Source: an uncultured Coriobacteriaceae bacterium (lineage in GTDB: Bacteria; Actinomycetota; Coriobacteriia; Coriobacteriales; Eggerthellaceae). Taken from it: DNA of 64,000 nt. The stretch lies in contig CACXMZ010000003.1 in assembly GCA_902768975.1 (NCBI GenBank), positions 54,941 to 118,940 on the forward strand, in the 5' to 3' direction. Each line of letters begins with the position of its first letter. Within the stretch, counting starts at the first letter, position 1. Below, one piece after another: positions 63,616 to 64,000 of the stretch. A model generated the notes under the pieces. That model saw only the letters and a list, made by a program, of their open reading frames with translations. It made no database searches and was not told where the DNA came from. Position numbers and translations under genes: made by a program.

Positions 63616-64000
63616 TTATTCGGCATCTTCGACTTCCATGAGGGAGATTTCGAAGTTCAGGTCCTTGCCTGCCATTTCGTGGTTCATGTCCAGCGTTACC
63701 ACGCCATCGACAATTTCCACAACCTTAACCGGCAAAGGCTGGCCAGCGGGCGTTTGCATGAATACGGTTTGGCCTACAGGTAAGTGCTCGCCGTTGGGGA
63801 TTTGGTCAACCGGAATGCGCTGCACCAGTTCTTCTTCGTAAGGACCATAGGCGTCTTCAGCAGGAATGCGCACATACTTTTTCTGCCCCACGACCATGTC
63901 TTCCACGGCCTTGTCGAAACCAGGGATCATCATGCCGGCCATGCACACGAATTCAATGGGCTCCCCGCGTTTTATGGAAGAGTCGAATTCGGTGCCGTCG
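63616..64000 (-). CDS. slyD: FKBP-type peptidyl-prolyl cis-trans isomerase (SlyD-like), N-terminus outside the window
   Basis: DGTEFDSS...EFVCMAGMMIPGFDKAV..M..G and the IF-domain pattern are followed by DMNHEMAGKDLNFEI. The frame stays open to the window edge. Confidence 0.85.
   Translation of the reverse strand, partial: DGTEFDSSIKRGEPIEFVCMAGMMIPGFDKAVEDMVVGQKKYVRIPAEDAYGPYEEELVQRIPVDQIPNGEHLPVGQTVFMQTPAGQPLPVKVVEIVDGVVTLDMNHEMAGKDLNFEISLMEVEDAE

Overview
This window is a mostly syntenic chromosomal segment from a high-GC Gram-positive bacterium. The gene content and style look Coriobacteriia- or Actinomycetota-like, but that is an inference, not a proof. I saw no rRNA, CRISPR array, transposase or integrase.

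**Core content, in order:**
- amino-acid ABC transporter genes, hpf, and two tandem coiled-coil NlpC/P60 wall hydrolases
- tRNA-Pro(CGG), tatA, greA, lysS, a compact class III fructose-1,6-bisphosphatase, a cyclase-family gene and a TrmH-family methyltransferase
- clpC (with a perfect CIRCE operator upstream), proS, a U32 peptidase, folC, queD, dnaE, truA, an SNF-family transporter and ychF
- a HAMP/PP2C sensor phosphatase
- a TPP-riboswitch-controlled ThiXYZ-like ABC transporter
- larB plus a truncated larC
- gatCAB
- a histidine operon (hisZG fusion, D, C, B, H, A, F, I) interrupted by accessory genes (DMT transporter, Nim-like PNPOx, vapBC, a glucosaminidase)
- a Phe T-box leader with pheST
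- an XRE-like regulator plus surface-protein cassette, and a partial slyD

**Most interesting observations:**
1. A tightly packed three-gene minus-strand operon at 34188-38201. It encodes a MotA/TolQ/ExbB-type proton-channel protein with a long Pro/Ala/Thr tail, a small ExbD/TolR-like protein with a DVMLV transmembrane signature, and an 852-aa multi-domain cell-surface protein. This looks like a Ton/Tol-like motor next to a surface protein in an apparently monoderm organism.
2. A roughly 95-nt palindromic element lies in frame exactly at the hisZ-hisG junction and seems to fuse the two genes. A related half-copy lies in frame inside hisC.
3. Direct repeats of about 134 bp (a long hairpin plus a relic of the regulator's 3' end) bracket the XRE-regulator/surface-protein cassette.
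4. Several MITE-like nested palindromes and tandem or direct repeat arrays occupy intergenic regions.

Many long antisense ORFs in the track are treated as high-GC artefacts.
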